Of a stretch of DNA of 64,000 bases, positions 8,483 through 17,732 are shown in pieces. The translations under genes were made by a program, and so were the position numbers. Under the pieces are notes generated by a model, which was not told where the DNA came from, searched no databases, and saw only the letters and a program-made list of their open reading frames with translations. This stretch comes from a bacterium (GTDB taxonomy: Bacteria; Actinomycetota; Acidimicrobiia; Acidimicrobiales; CATQHL01), in contig JAPPDX010000107.1 of the NCBI GenBank assembly GCA_028824415.1, positions 522-64,521 on the forward strand, read 5' to 3'. Positions within the stretch are counted from its first letter, which is position 1, and each line of letters begins with the position of its first letter.

Positions 8483-9550
8483 GTGATCGGAGGCGGCCCG
8501 GCAGGCCTCGAGCGCTATGGCTGGGACAGCGAGTGGCAACAGGTGAGGGCCCAACTCGAACTCCCCGACTCCCGGACGGGTCGCGTGGGAACCGTCGGTC
8601 GGGGGCACTGCGTGGTGCTGGGCGGCGACGGCGAGGTGATCGCCGCCTCGGACTCGCAGCGGTCGCAGGCCGCGGTGTCACCGACGGTGGGGGACTGGGT
8701 GCTGTTCAGCGAGGATCCCAGCGGGTCGGTGGTCATCGACACGGTGCTGGAGCGCCGCACCGCCATCGAGCGACGCGACCCGGCAATCACCGTCACCAAG
8801 CAGACGCTGGCGGCAAACGTGGACGTCGTGGGGGTTCTGGTGGGATTGGATCTGCCGCCCAATGCGGCCCGGATCGAGCGGTTCCTCGTGCTCGCCGCCG
8901 ACAGCGGTGCCGAGCCAATGATCGTGTTGAGCAAGGGCGACCTGCTGGACGAGCCCGGCCGGCGGCAGGTGCGCCGCGAAGTGGCGGCGTTGGCGCCCGG
9001 AGCCGACATCATCGAGACCAGCGCCACCGCCGGCTGGGGGCTCGACGACCTGCGCCGGGCGGTGGCACCTCAGCGGACCCTCGTGGCCCTGGGGCCGTCG
9101 GGAGTGGGAAAGTCGACCCTGCTGAACGCCCTGGTGGGCGCGCCGGTCCTGGCTGTCGGCGAGGTGCGCGGCCCCGATCGGGCGGGTCGGCACACCACCG
9201 TGCGCCGCGAACTCGTGCTGCTGCCCGGTGGCGGGGTGCTCATCGACACGCCCGGCCTGCGGGCCGTGAGCCTCTGGGAGGCCGACCTGGCCCTCGATGA
9301 GGTGTTCTCCGAGATCGCCGGGCGCGCCGGCGACTGCCGCTTCCGGGACTGCACCCACCGCAGTGAGCCGGGATGTGCCGTGCAGCAGGCCGTGCAGGCC
9401 GGTGACGTGGACGCCGACCGGCTCGAGCGCTATCAGCGGTTGTGGGACGAGTTGGCGCAGCAGTCCGAGGCCCGTGCCGAACGCCTGCGGCTGCAGTCCC
9501 GGGGTCGGCGCGGCGTCAAGCGGCGCCGGAGAGTGCGGCGCCGCTCGTAG
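8483..9550 (+). CDS. rsgA: Ribosome small-subunit-dependent GTPase A
   Basis: Circularly permuted GTPase order: VLSKGDLL, then GPSGVGKSTLLNAL, GRHTT, LIDTPGLR, and a C-terminal zinc knuckle CRFRDCTHRSEPGCAV. GTG start. Confidence 0.9.
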   Translation: MIGGGPAGLERYGWDSEWQQVRAQLELPDSRTGRVGTVGRGHCVVLGGDGEVIAASDSQRSQAAVSPTVGDWVLFSEDPSGSVVIDTVLERRTAIERRDPAITVTKQTLAANVDVVGVLVGLDLPPNAARIERFLVLAADSGAEPMIVLSKGDLLDEPGRRQVRREVAALAPGADIIETSATAGWGLDDLRRAVAPQRTLVALGPSGVGKSTLLNALVGAPVLAVGEVRGPDRAGRHTTVRRELVLLPGGGVLIDTPGLRAVSLWEADLALDEVFSEIAGRAGDCRFRDCTHRSEPGCAVQQAVQAGDVDADRLERYQRLWDELAQQSEARAERLRLQSRGRRGVKRRRRVRRRS

Positions 9551-9589
9551 TGCCCGACCGCACGGTCGGTGGTGGCGATCCGTGTGGTC

Positions 9590-10132
9590 TCAGTTGGTCC
9601 GGAGGTCGTCGGGGTAGTTCTGGAACCACGACACCTCGTTGGGCTGGCGGGCCAGGACCGAGCGCCACAGTCCGTCGGGGTTGTCGCTGAGGACATCGGT
9701 GGGCTCGGGATCCACCACGAACCATGCCCCGGCGGCGATCTCACCGTCGAGTTGGGTGGCATCCCAGCCGGCGTAGCCGAAGAACAGGCGCAACCCGGGC
9801 TTGCCGGCGAGATCCTCGGCTCCCCGGGACAGGTCCACGCTGCCGACGTCGCCGAGGATGCGCGTCCAGCCCGACTCCGCGCAGCCGGGCCAGTGCCGCG
9901 ACAGTCCGATGAGGCTCTCCGGTGAGACCGGCCCGCCGGAGAACAGCACCCCCGGCACGTCCTCCCAGCCGGTGAGCAGCTCGGAGACAACCAGTGAGGA
10001 CGGCCGGTTGAGCACGATGCCGACGGCGCCCTCGGCAGTGTGCTCCAGGAGCAGTACCACGGTGTGATCGAAGTTGCCGTCGCCGATGAGCGGGGTGGCG
10101 ACCAGCAACTTGCGGGGGTGGAACTCGCTCAC
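9590..10132 (-). CDS. YqgE/AlgH-family protein (UPF0301)
   Basis: LLVATPLIGDGNFDHTVVLLLEHTAEGAVGIVLNRP and FFGYAGWDATQLDGEI. The start is set at GTG 10132 (VSEFHPRK). The ORF-track start at 10372 runs into serC. Confidence 0.8.
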   Translation of the reverse strand: MSEFHPRKLLVATPLIGDGNFDHTVVLLLEHTAEGAVGIVLNRPSSLVVSELLTGWEDVPGVLFSGGPVSPESLIGLSRHWPGCAESGWTRILGDVGSVDLSRGAEDLAGKPGLRLFFGYAGWDATQLDGEIAAGAWFVVDPEPTDVLSDNPDGLWRSVLARQPNEVSWFQNYPDDLRTN

Positions 10133-10199
10133 GGCACCACCCAGGGGTCGGCGCCGGCCGGCGGACTTCCTGAGATCCCGCCCGGGCCGGCGTCCGCGC

Positions 10200-11339
10200 C
10201 TACAGCCGGGCCACGATGTAGTCGATGCATGCGCACAGTGCGGCCACGTCCTCGGCCGGGATGGCGGGGAACAGCGCGATACGGAGCTGGTTGCGGCCCA
10301 GCGCCCGGTAGGACTCGGTGTCGACGATGCCGTTGGCCCGCAGCTTTGCGGCGATCTCTCCGGCATCGGCAACGCCGGCGTCGATGTCGATGGTGGCCAC
10401 CACGTGGCTGCGTTGGGTCACGTCGGTCACGAACGGTTCGGCGTAGTCCGATGCCTCGGCCCAGCTGTAGATGGTCTCGGCCGAAGCGTCGCAGCGGCTT
10501 GCGGCCCATTCCAGGCCGCCGTGTGCACAAATCCACTCCACGGTCTGCAGCGTGAGGAACACCGTGGCAAGTGCCGGGGTGTTGTAGGTCTGGTTGGCGG
10601 CGGAGTTCTTGACCGCCAGGGGCAGGCTCAGCGTGGGAGGGCACCAGCGCCCGCTGTCGCCGATCTCGGCGATGCGCTCCAGTGCCGCCGGGGAGCAGCA
10701 AGCCACCCACAGCCCGCCGTCGGAGGCGAAGCATTTCTGCGGTGAGAAGTAGTAGACGTCCACCTCGGTCGGGTCCCAGCGCAGGCCGCCCGCCCCCGAG
10801 GTCGCGTCCACCGCCACCAACCCGTCCTCGGGGCCTACCCCCGTCGGTCGTCGCAGCTCCATCTGCACGCCGGTGGAGGTCTCGTTGTGGGTCAGCGCGT
10901 AGACGTCCACGTCGGCGGAGACGGGGTCGGGATGGGTTCCGACCGGCGCCTCGATTATCTGTGGCGCCTCGAGGTACGGCACGTCCCGCACCGCCCGGGC
11001 GAACTTGGCCGAGAACTCCCCGAAGGCCAGATGCTGGCTTCGGCGACGGATCAACCCGAAGCCGAGGCAGTCCCAGAGGCCGGTGGCGCCGCCGTTGCCG
11101 AGCACCACCTCCCAGTCCTCCGGCAGCGAGAAGAGTTCGGCGAACCCTGCTTGCAGCCGCGCGACGACGCTGCGCACGCCCGTGCGCCTGTGGCTTGTGC
11201 CCAGGTAGCCGTCTGCTGCGTCCGCCAGGGCCACCACGGCCTCATGGGGGACCCGCGACGGTCCGCTGCCGAAGCGCCCGTCGCTCGGGCGTATCCCGTC
11301 GGGGAGGACGATGTTGTTCGATGCGCCGTCGCCGGTCAT
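10200..11339 (-). CDS. serC: Phosphoserine aminotransferase, actinobacterial type
   Basis: [19 protein letters not shown]-terminus typical of mycobacterial-type SerC, and [15 protein letters not shown] with the PLP lysine. Start at ATG 11339 (MTGDGASNN). Confidence 0.9.
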   Translation of the reverse strand: MTGDGASNNIVLPDGIRPSDGRFGSGPSRVPHEAVVALADAADGYLGTSHRRTGVRSVVARLQAGFAELFSLPEDWEVVLGNGGATGLWDCLGFGLIRRRSQHLAFGEFSAKFARAVRDVPYLEAPQIIEAPVGTHPDPVSADVDVYALTHNETSTGVQMELRRPTGVGPEDGLVAVDATSGAGGLRWDPTEVDVYYFSPQKCFASDGGLWVACCSPAALERIAEIGDSGRWCPPTLSLPLAVKNSAANQTYNTPALATVFLTLQTVEWICAHGGLEWAASRCDASAETIYSWAEASDYAEPFVTDVTQRSHVVATIDIDAGVADAGEIAAKLRANGIVDTESYRALGRNQLRIALFPAIPAEDVAALCACIDYIVARL

Positions 11340-11370
11340 TTTTGCGTTGCCGGGCTGCCAGACTGCACCC

Positions 11371-12618
11371 GTGAGTTCCCCGTCATCATCCTCATCACCT
11401 CGGTCGTCACCCGATCCGTCTGCCTCATTTCTAGCGGTCTCGCGGGCGGTGGCGGCGATCACCCCGTCGGCCACCGTCGCCACCGACGCCAAGGCCAAGG
11501 CGCTGCGTGCCGCCGGGGAGCCGGTCATCGGCTTCGGGGCCGGAGAGCCCGACTTCCCGACGCCTCCGCACATCGTCGAGGCTGCGGTGCAGGCCTGCCA
11601 GGACCAGCGAAACCATCGTTACAGCCCCGCACCGGGGCTGCCCGAGTTGCGCGAGGCGGTCGCCGCCAAGACACTGCGGGACTCCGGCCTCGAAGTGTCG
11701 CCGCAGCAGGTGATCATCACCGCCGGCGGTAAGCACGCCGTCTACAACGGCCTGCTGACGCTGTTGGATCCCGGCGACGAGGTGATCCTTCCCGCCCCCT
11801 ACTGGACCACCTATCCCGAGCCGGTGACGATGGTCGGGGCGCGGCCGGTGGTCGTGCAGACCCACGTGGACAGCGGCTATCGCGTCACGGTCGAGCAGTT
11901 GGAGGCGGCGCGGACACCCCGCACGAAGCTGCTCATCTTCGTGTCGCCGTCGAACCCCACCGGGAGCGTGTATCCGCCCGACGAGATCGAGGCGATCGGC
12001 AACTGGGCGGCCGAACACGGCATCTGGGTCCTGACCGACGAGATCTACGAACACCTCACCTACGACGATCACCGGCACGCCTCGCTTCCGGTCGTGGCTC
12101 CGGCGGCGGCGGAGCGCTGTGTGGTGATCAACGGGGTCGCCAAGACCTACGCCATGACCGGTTGGCGTGTCGGCTGGATCATCGCGCCCCAGCAGGTGGC
12201 CTCCGCGGCGGCCGCCCTGCAGTCCCACCAGACCTCCAACGTGTCGAACGTTTCCCAGCGTGCGGCGCTGGCTGCTGTCTCGGGGCCGCTCGGTGCCGTG
12301 GTGGAGATGCGCTTGCAGTTCGACCGCCGTCGCCGCACCATGCACGGGATGCTCTCGCAGATCCCGGGGATCAACTGCCCGCTGCCCCAGGGCGCGTTCT
12401 ATGCGTTCCCGTCGCTGGAGCGGGTGTTGGAGCGACCGATCGCCGGGCGCAGGCTGGAGTCCAGCCTCGAGCTGGCCGATCTGCTGCTGTCGGAAGCGAA
12501 CGTGGCCGTGGTGGCGGGCGAGGCGTTCGGCGCGCCCGGATGCGTCCGTCTCTCCTTCGCCCTCGCCGACGACGACCTGGCGGAGGGCGTCGGCCGCATC
12601 GTGGACTTCCTGTCCTAG
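11371..12618 (+). CDS. Pyridoxal-phosphate aminotransferase, class I (aspartate aminotransferase-like)
   Basis: [62 protein letters not shown]. The start is uncertain: GTG 11371 is chosen, and ATG 11311 would overlap the divergent serC start. Confidence 0.85.
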   Translation: MSSPSSSSSPRSSPDPSASFLAVSRAVAAITPSATVATDAKAKALRAAGEPVIGFGAGEPDFPTPPHIVEAAVQACQDQRNHRYSPAPGLPELREAVAAKTLRDSGLEVSPQQVIITAGGKHAVYNGLLTLLDPGDEVILPAPYWTTYPEPVTMVGARPVVVQTHVDSGYRVTVEQLEAARTPRTKLLIFVSPSNPTGSVYPPDEIEAIGNWAAEHGIWVLTDEIYEHLTYDDHRHASLPVVAPAAAERCVVINGVAKTYAMTGWRVGWIIAPQQVASAAAALQSHQTSNVSNVSQRAALAAVSGPLGAVVEMRLQFDRRRRTMHGMLSQIPGINCPLPQGAFYAFPSLERVLERPIAGRRLESSLELADLLLSEANVAVVAGEAFGAPGCVRLSFALADDDLAEGVGRIVDFLS

Positions 12619-12636
12619 CGGGCGGGGAGCGGGGTC

Positions 12637-14634
12637 GTGGCGGGAACGGGGGGCACGAGTCGCGCCGCGCCCTACGGGGCCTGGCCGTCGCCGCTCAGTC
12701 CTGCCTCCCTGGCCGCGGGGAGTGTGCGCATCACCACGCTGGTGGCCGACGGGGCCGACCTGTGGTGGTCCGAGACGCGGCCCGCGGCCAAGGGGCGGAC
12801 CGTGCTGATGCGCCGCAGCGCCGATGGGTCGGTGCGGGAGATCACCCCGCCGGAGGCCAACGTGCGCAGCCGCGTGCACTCCTACGGCGGTGCCGCCTGG
12901 TGGGCGGAGAACGGTGTCTGCGTGTACTCCGACGACGCCGACTTCCGGCTGCGCCGCCTCGGTCCCGGCGATGGCCGGCCCGTGGTGCTCACGCCCGACG
13001 GCCTCGAGCGGTCGAGCCTGTATGCCGATGGCCGCTTCAGTGGCGACGGTCGGTGGTTCGTGTGCGTGCGAGAGCGTCCCGCCACGCCGGAGCACATCAA
13101 CGAGCTCGTCTGCGTGGCACTGGACGGCAGCGGCCGGGTGGAGGTGATCGCCGCCGGCGCCGACTTCTATTCCGACCCCCGACCCTCGCCGTGCGGTCGC
13201 CGGCTGGCCTGGTTGCAGTGGAACCACCCGAACATGCCCTGGGACGGCTGCGAGTTGCACGTCGGGGGCCTGGACGGTCCCCGGGTGACCGAGTCGCAGC
13301 GCATCGCCGGTGGCGCCGAGGAGTGGATCTTCGGTCCTGCCTGGCGCCACGACGGGGCGCTGAGCTGGGTGAGCGACGGCTCGGGCTGGTCGACGCTGTG
13401 GCTGCTGGAGGGCGATCCGCTGGCGCCGGAGGCCACTCCCCGAAGCTGGGTCGACCTGCCCGATGGCGAGATCCAGACCGCTCCCTGGATCTTCGGCATG
13501 AGCCGCTACGCCACCTGGCCGGCCCCGGGCGATGGCAGGGGCTTGGCGTATGCGATCGCCCGTCGCGGTGGCCACGAGTTGTGCTTCACCGCTGAGCCGG
13601 CGAGCTCCTCGGATGGTCCGCTGTCGACCTACCGAGCCCACACCTCCTTCAGCGCCCTTCGGGCCTGGAAGTCCGGCGTGGTCGCCGTGGCCGCGTCGCC
13701 GTCGGTCGAGAACGAGATCCTGCATGTCGCACACGCGGGTACAAGGCCGGAGGCCCAGGTTGTATACGTCCCGCCGGCGCTGAGCCTGGATCCCGGATTC
13801 ACTCCCGAGCCCGAGCCGGTGACGTTCCCCACCACCGACGGTGCGGTGGCGCACGCCCTCCTCTACCGCCCGGCCAACCCGGCGTGCCGCCTCCCCGATG
13901 GGGCCGGGCCGCCGCCGCTGCTGGTGATGGCCCACGGCGGCCCCACCGGCGCGGCCCGCACCGCGCTGCACCTCGGGCTGCGCTACTGGACCAGCCGGGG
14001 CATCGCCGTGGTGGACGTGGACTATCGCGGCAGCACCGGTTACGGCCGGGCGTACCGCCGGGCTCTGGACGGTGGCTGGGGTGTCACGGACGTGGCCGAC
14101 TGCGTGGCTGCGGCACGCCACCTGGCCGGCTGCGGCGAGGCCGACGGCGATCGCCTGGCGATCATCGGCGCCAGCGCCGGCGGCTACGCGGTGCTGCAGG
14201 CGCTCGTCGACTACGACGTGTTTGCCGCGGGGCTCATCCGCTACGGGGTCACCGACCTGGAGGCGCTGGCCCGCGACACCCACAAGTTCGAGAAGCACTA
14301 CATGGACCGTCTCGTCGGCCCCTACCCGCAGGAGAAGGACCTCTACGTCGAGCGCTCGCCGATCCACCGGGTGGACCGCATCTCGTGTCCCATGCTGGTC
14401 CTGCAGGGCGACAGCGACCCGGTGGTGCCGCCGGAGCAGGCCGAGGCCCTGGTTGCGGCGCTGGAAGCCAACGGGTTGCCCTATGCCTACCTGCTCTTCG
14501 AGGGCGAGCAGCACGGCTTCCGGGGCACCGAGGCAATCGTGGCGGCCGCGGCGGCCGAGCTCTCGTTCCTCGGCCAGATCTTCGGCTTCGACCCGGCGGG
14601 CGGTATCACGCCGGTCATGGTGCGCAATCTCTGA
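12637..14634 (+). CDS. S9-family serine peptidase (prolyl oligopeptidase/acylaminoacyl-peptidase-like)
   Basis: N-terminal propeller-like region, then an alpha/beta hydrolase with IGASAGGY (nucleophile Ser), LVLQGDSDPVVP and FEGEQHGF. Confidence 0.85.
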   Translation: MAGTGGTSRAAPYGAWPSPLSPASLAAGSVRITTLVADGADLWWSETRPAAKGRTVLMRRSADGSVREITPPEANVRSRVHSYGGAAWWAENGVCVYSDDADFRLRRLGPGDGRPVVLTPDGLERSSLYADGRFSGDGRWFVCVRERPATPEHINELVCVALDGSGRVEVIAAGADFYSDPRPSPCGRRLAWLQWNHPNMPWDGCELHVGGLDGPRVTESQRIAGGAEEWIFGPAWRHDGALSWVSDGSGWSTLWLLEGDPLAPEATPRSWVDLPDGEIQTAPWIFGMSRYATWPAPGDGRGLAYAIARRGGHELCFTAEPASSSDGPLSTYRAHTSFSALRAWKSGVVAVAASPSVENEILHVAHAGTRPEAQVVYVPPALSLDPGFTPEPEPVTFPTTDGAVAHALLYRPANPACRLPDGAGPPPLLVMAHGGPTGAARTALHLGLRYWTSRGIAVVDVDYRGSTGYGRAYRRALDGGWGVTDVADCVAAARHLAGCGEADGDRLAIIGASAGGYAVLQALVDYDVFAAGLIRYGVTDLEALARDTHKFEKHYMDRLVGPYPQEKDLYVERSPIHRVDRISCPMLVLQGDSDPVVPPEQAEALVAALEANGLPYAYLLFEGEQHGFRGTEAIVAAAAAELSFLGQIFGFDPAGGITPVMVRNL

Positions 14635-14644
14635 GCCGGCGCGG

Positions 14645-14694
14645 ATCGGGGATTCCGGCCGCCGATGCGGCGGATGCACCGGAGAATCCCCGAT
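14645..14694 (+). terminator. Extended GC-rich stem-loop after the peptidase gene (no U-tract)
   Basis: ATCGGGGATTCCGG ... CCGGAGAATCCCCGAT arms with a 2-nt bulge enclose a second hairpin, CCGCCG-atg-CGGCGG. It starts 11 nt after the stop. Confidence 0.4.
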
Positions 14695-14837
14695 GGGTAG
14701 GAACGAACCCGAGACCCGCGCGGCGGAGTTGGGCGTGTGACAGGATTGACAGGGGTTCAATCCTCGCGGGAGGGCGCGATATCCGGCTCCGAGCGCGAAC
14801 GGCACGAACGATCCGGTGCAGAGGTACAGCGGTGAGC

Positions 14838-15896
14838 ATGAGACCGAACCTGCAGTCGTTTGCAGCGGCTCTGATCGCGCTGCTGCTCGTAGCCGCCGCG
14901 TGTGGCGACTCCGGCGGAGAGGACCTCGACGAGGGCGCCGTCAACGCCCTGGTGGAGTGCATGTCGGCGGCGCAGGCGGGCGTCACTTCCTCGCTGACGG
15001 AGATGTACGCCACGATGTCGATGTCGTTCCCCGGCGACGAACCGTACGCGGCGTATAACGACGTGCCCTTCGGGGTTGCGACCAAGGTGGGCGATCTCGT
15101 GCGTATCGAAGTGGACAGGGCGGCCGGGGCGGACGCAGCCGGCGAGGACGGCGATTCCGGGCCGGCGGACTACCCGCTGCTGATGGTGATCGAGGACGAC
15201 ACGCGCGTTTACTTCAATCTGGGTACATTCGAGGACCACGGCATGCCGGCCGATAGCCCGTGGCTGGCCGGCCTCGATGCGGAGACTCTCCACGACGGCG
15301 GGGATCTGTGGGGACTCGTGGACCTCGCCGAGGTGGATAACGCACCGGCGTATAGTTGGGTCCACTTCGCCCTACACGCGATTCCCGGCACAGATCCCCT
15401 GGGCGAGGACGTCAGTCGGCTTCTCGCTCTGGCGCTTGCCGACGGAGCCCTGCTTGAGGCCTGGAGCGGGGAGCGAACCCAGGTGATGGGCGTCGATACC
15501 ACGCCGTATTCCTTCGTCATCGACCTCGTGGCGTTGAGCGAGATACCCGAACTCGTCAAGAGCCAGGGCGGAGACCTGTGGGGGTTCGCGGCTTCCCTCA
15601 GCGGTTCCCCCGGTCCGTTGCCCATCCGGTACACCGTCCACCTGGACGACGATGACGTCGACCGGCGCACCGTTGTCGAGATGGACATGGGCGCGATCAC
15701 GATCGCTGCCTACGCGGCGGTCGACGACCCCGACCTGATGCTGTCCGAGGAAGAGATGCGCGAGCTCGCCCAGATCGAGTTCCACTACGCCGTCCGGCTC
15801 GACACACACTCCGTCGACGATCCTGCCCTCTCGGTGACATTGCCTGATCCGTCGCGGGTCATCGACCTCCTGCCGATACCCCTTTTCGAGTTCTAG
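14838..15896 (+). CDS. Lipoprotein, paralog 1 of a three-member family of unknown function
   Basis: ATG 14838 (MRPNLQSFAAALIALLLVAAAC|GD). Shares LDEGAVNALV..AAQAGVTSS, GGDLWGLVDL, TTPYSFVIDLVALSEIPE and DPALSVTLPDPSRVIDL with the next two genes. Confidence 0.7.
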   Translation: MRPNLQSFAAALIALLLVAAACGDSGGEDLDEGAVNALVECMSAAQAGVTSSLTEMYATMSMSFPGDEPYAAYNDVPFGVATKVGDLVRIEVDRAAGADAAGEDGDSGPADYPLLMVIEDDTRVYFNLGTFEDHGMPADSPWLAGLDAETLHDGGDLWGLVDLAEVDNAPAYSWVHFALHAIPGTDPLGEDVSRLLALALADGALLEAWSGERTQVMGVDTTPYSFVIDLVALSEIPELVKSQGGDLWGFAASLSGSPGPLPIRYTVHLDDDDVDRRTVVEMDMGAITIAAYAAVDDPDLMLSEEEMRELAQIEFHYAVRLDTHSVDDPALSVTLPDPSRVIDLLPIPLFEF

Positions 15897-15924
15897 AGGT
15901 CCATCCAACCTGACGGTGGTTGTC

Positions 15925-16065
15925 ATGGTCGCCGCGGCGTGCAGCGACTCCGGCGAGGATCAGGCGGCGATCCTGACCGAGGACAGGCCCCGGCAACCGA
16001 ACCGGCAGGCGGTCGGCTTTGAACAGGGCGGGGATGTCAGGCCGGTGACGGTGCACAACCTCTGA
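15925..16065 (+). pseudogene. Decayed N-terminal fragment of a fourth lipoprotein paralog
   Basis: The 46-codon frame (V)VVMVAAACSDSGEDQAAILTEDRPRQP mirrors the paralog-3 N-terminus VLMIAAACSDDGESQVATLTDTKPPPP. It lacks a charged n-region and stops after 46 aa. Confidence 0.35.
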
Positions 16066-16164
16066 GGGGTTGCGCGGGCGTTCGATAGGGACGAACGCGG
16101 GAACCTTGCGGCGCTCTCGGGCGTCGGAACAGGTAGACAGGAAGCACCGAGCGGTATCGGAGGG

Positions 16165-17598
16165 ATGGCGCTGAAGCTGAGGTTCCGAACGAGAACGCTT
16201 GTAGCGGTCCTGGCGGTGCTGCTGGTGACCGCAGCCTGCGGAGGGTCCGGCGGCGATGGTGTCGCGACACCGGCTGCCACCGAGACCCCGACACCCGCCG
16301 CCGAGTCGCCGTCGGCGACTCCCGAGCCACCGCTGCCGAACCCCGAGCCGGCAGCGGACAGTGAGCCTCCGGTGCCGCCCGAGGGGGTGGCTGCACCGGA
16401 GCCACCCCCGGCCGGCGAGGAGCCCGGGTCGGCGGCCGGTCCACCCGAGCCGCCAGAGCCCGCCGAGGAGTCGACGGAGGAGTCGGCCGAGGAGTCCGAG
16501 CCGCCGCAAGAGCCGATCGAGGAGTCCGAGCCGCCACGACCGGATGACGAGCCGCCACCGGAGCGGGCCGTTGAGGTCGAATCTCAGAAGGCGCCCGGAC
16601 TCGAACTCGACGAGGCGGCCGTCGCTGCTTTGGCGGCCCGCCTCGTCGCGGCGCAGTCGACCGTCACCTCCACGCAGATGCTCGTCTCCATGTCCTTTGA
16701 GGGGAGCTTCCCCGGCGAGCCCGCGATCGCTGTCGACAACCTGCCTCTGATGACCCTCACCGAGGTGGGCGAACTGGCGCACGTCGAGATGGACATGGCG
16801 GGACTAATGGGCGGCCTCATCGGCGCGGCCGGTGCCGGAGCGGATCTGGAGGAAGTTGACCTGCCGGCCCTGGAGATGATCCTGGAGGGTGAGACGGGGC
16901 TCTATCTGAGTCTGGAGCCGCTGGTGTCGCTCGATCCGATGGGCGACTCGCCGTGGCCGGCGGACCTGATCGACGGACACGGTGGCGACCTCGGCGACCT
17001 GTGGGGCTTCGTCGACCTGACCGCTGCAGGTGGGGCCGAGGCGCTGGCCTCACTGGGCGTGACTCCTCGAACCGGGCTGCAGGGCGACTTCGTGGGGCTC
17101 CTGGCTGGAGGTCTACCCGAAGGTGCACTCCTGGAGGTCCGCAGCAGCGGAGCCGGCGAAGTCATGGGAATCCCAACCCAGGAGTACTCGTTCGTCCTCG
17201 ACCTGGCGGCCCTCAGCGAGGTGCCCGAGGCTCTGGGATTGCTCTTTTCCCCGGACTCGGGTCCGGGCGATTTCGGGGCTCCACCGAGAGACTTCTTCGG
17301 TGGCCTGGGCGGCTCGAGGCCCTTCGAGTTCGTCATTCACGTCGACTCCGACGACATCATCCGGCGGAGCATCGTCGTGGTGGATATCGGAGCCATCCTG
17401 ACCCAGGTATTCAACGAACTCGCCCAAGCCGGCGAGCTCCCCGAGGGCGCAGAGTCCGAGATCCCGGAGATCGGTTACGTGCTGTCCATGCAGATGGACA
17501 TCGTCGCCCTGAACGATCCGTCGCTGACCGTGGAGTTGCCGGATCCGTCCCTGGTTCTGGAGTTGCCCGATCCGCTCAGCGGAGCCGACCCCTATTGA
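16165..17598 (+). CDS. Lipoprotein, paralog 2 (with ~110-aa Pro/Glu-rich tether)
   Basis: MALKLRFRTRTLVAVLAVLLVTAAC|GG, a P/E-rich linker, then LDEAAVAALAARLVAAQSTVTST, DLWGFVDL, PTQEYSFVLDLAALSEVPE and DPSLTVELPDPSLVLEL. Confidence 0.7.
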   Translation: MALKLRFRTRTLVAVLAVLLVTAACGGSGGDGVATPAATETPTPAAESPSATPEPPLPNPEPAADSEPPVPPEGVAAPEPPPAGEEPGSAAGPPEPPEPAEESTEESAEESEPPQEPIEESEPPRPDDEPPPERAVEVESQKAPGLELDEAAVAALAARLVAAQSTVTSTQMLVSMSFEGSFPGEPAIAVDNLPLMTLTEVGELAHVEMDMAGLMGGLIGAAGAGADLEEVDLPALEMILEGETGLYLSLEPLVSLDPMGDSPWPADLIDGHGGDLGDLWGFVDLTAAGGAEALASLGVTPRTGLQGDFVGLLAGGLPEGALLEVRSSGAGEVMGIPTQEYSFVLDLAALSEVPEALGLLFSPDSGPGDFGAPPRDFFGGLGGSRPFEFVIHVDSDDIIRRSIVVVDIGAILTQVFNELAQAGELPEGAESEIPEIGYVLSMQMDIVALNDPSLTVELPDPSLVLELPDPLSGADPY

Positions 17599-17732
17599 TT
17601 CCCGGCCCGGCCGCGCACCTCGAACGCCGGAGCGTCGAGGAACCGTCGCCCCGGTCACCGGGCCGGATCGGGCGAGCCGTTAGGGTCGGATCGATGGGCT
17701 CGCGGGAAGCGGACCACACACGAAGGAGCAGG

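Noticed and set aside
6651-8486. 611-aa plus-strand ORF and several other 240-380-aa ORFs over 6.1-8.4 kb
   Set aside because: All overlap the Mo-oxidoreductase gene, whose catalytic motifs are clear. The alternatives translate to Arg/Gly/Pro low-complexity sequence.
9554-9569. Hairpin CCGACC-gcac-GGTCGG between the convergent rsgA and yqgE-like genes, a possible bidirectional terminator
   Set aside because: Only a 6-bp stem with no U-tract. Plausible, but too weak to list as a feature without folding energies or 3'-end data.
11311-11371. Apparent head-to-head overlap of the serC (start 11339) and aminotransferase (ATG 11311) coding regions
   Set aside because: Most likely an artefact of the longest-ORF convention. 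An in-frame GTG at 11371 removes the overlap while keeping the conserved N-terminal region (..[17 protein letters not shown]..). The real start needs experimental or comparative support.
11431-14805. 1124-aa ORF on the minus strand, the longest in this part of the track
   Set aside because: It lies antisense to three genes with strong family motifs (aminotransferase, S9 peptidase, start of lipoprotein 1). Its translation is Arg/Gly/Pro/His-rich with no recognisable motif. This is a typical shadow ORF of high-GC DNA.
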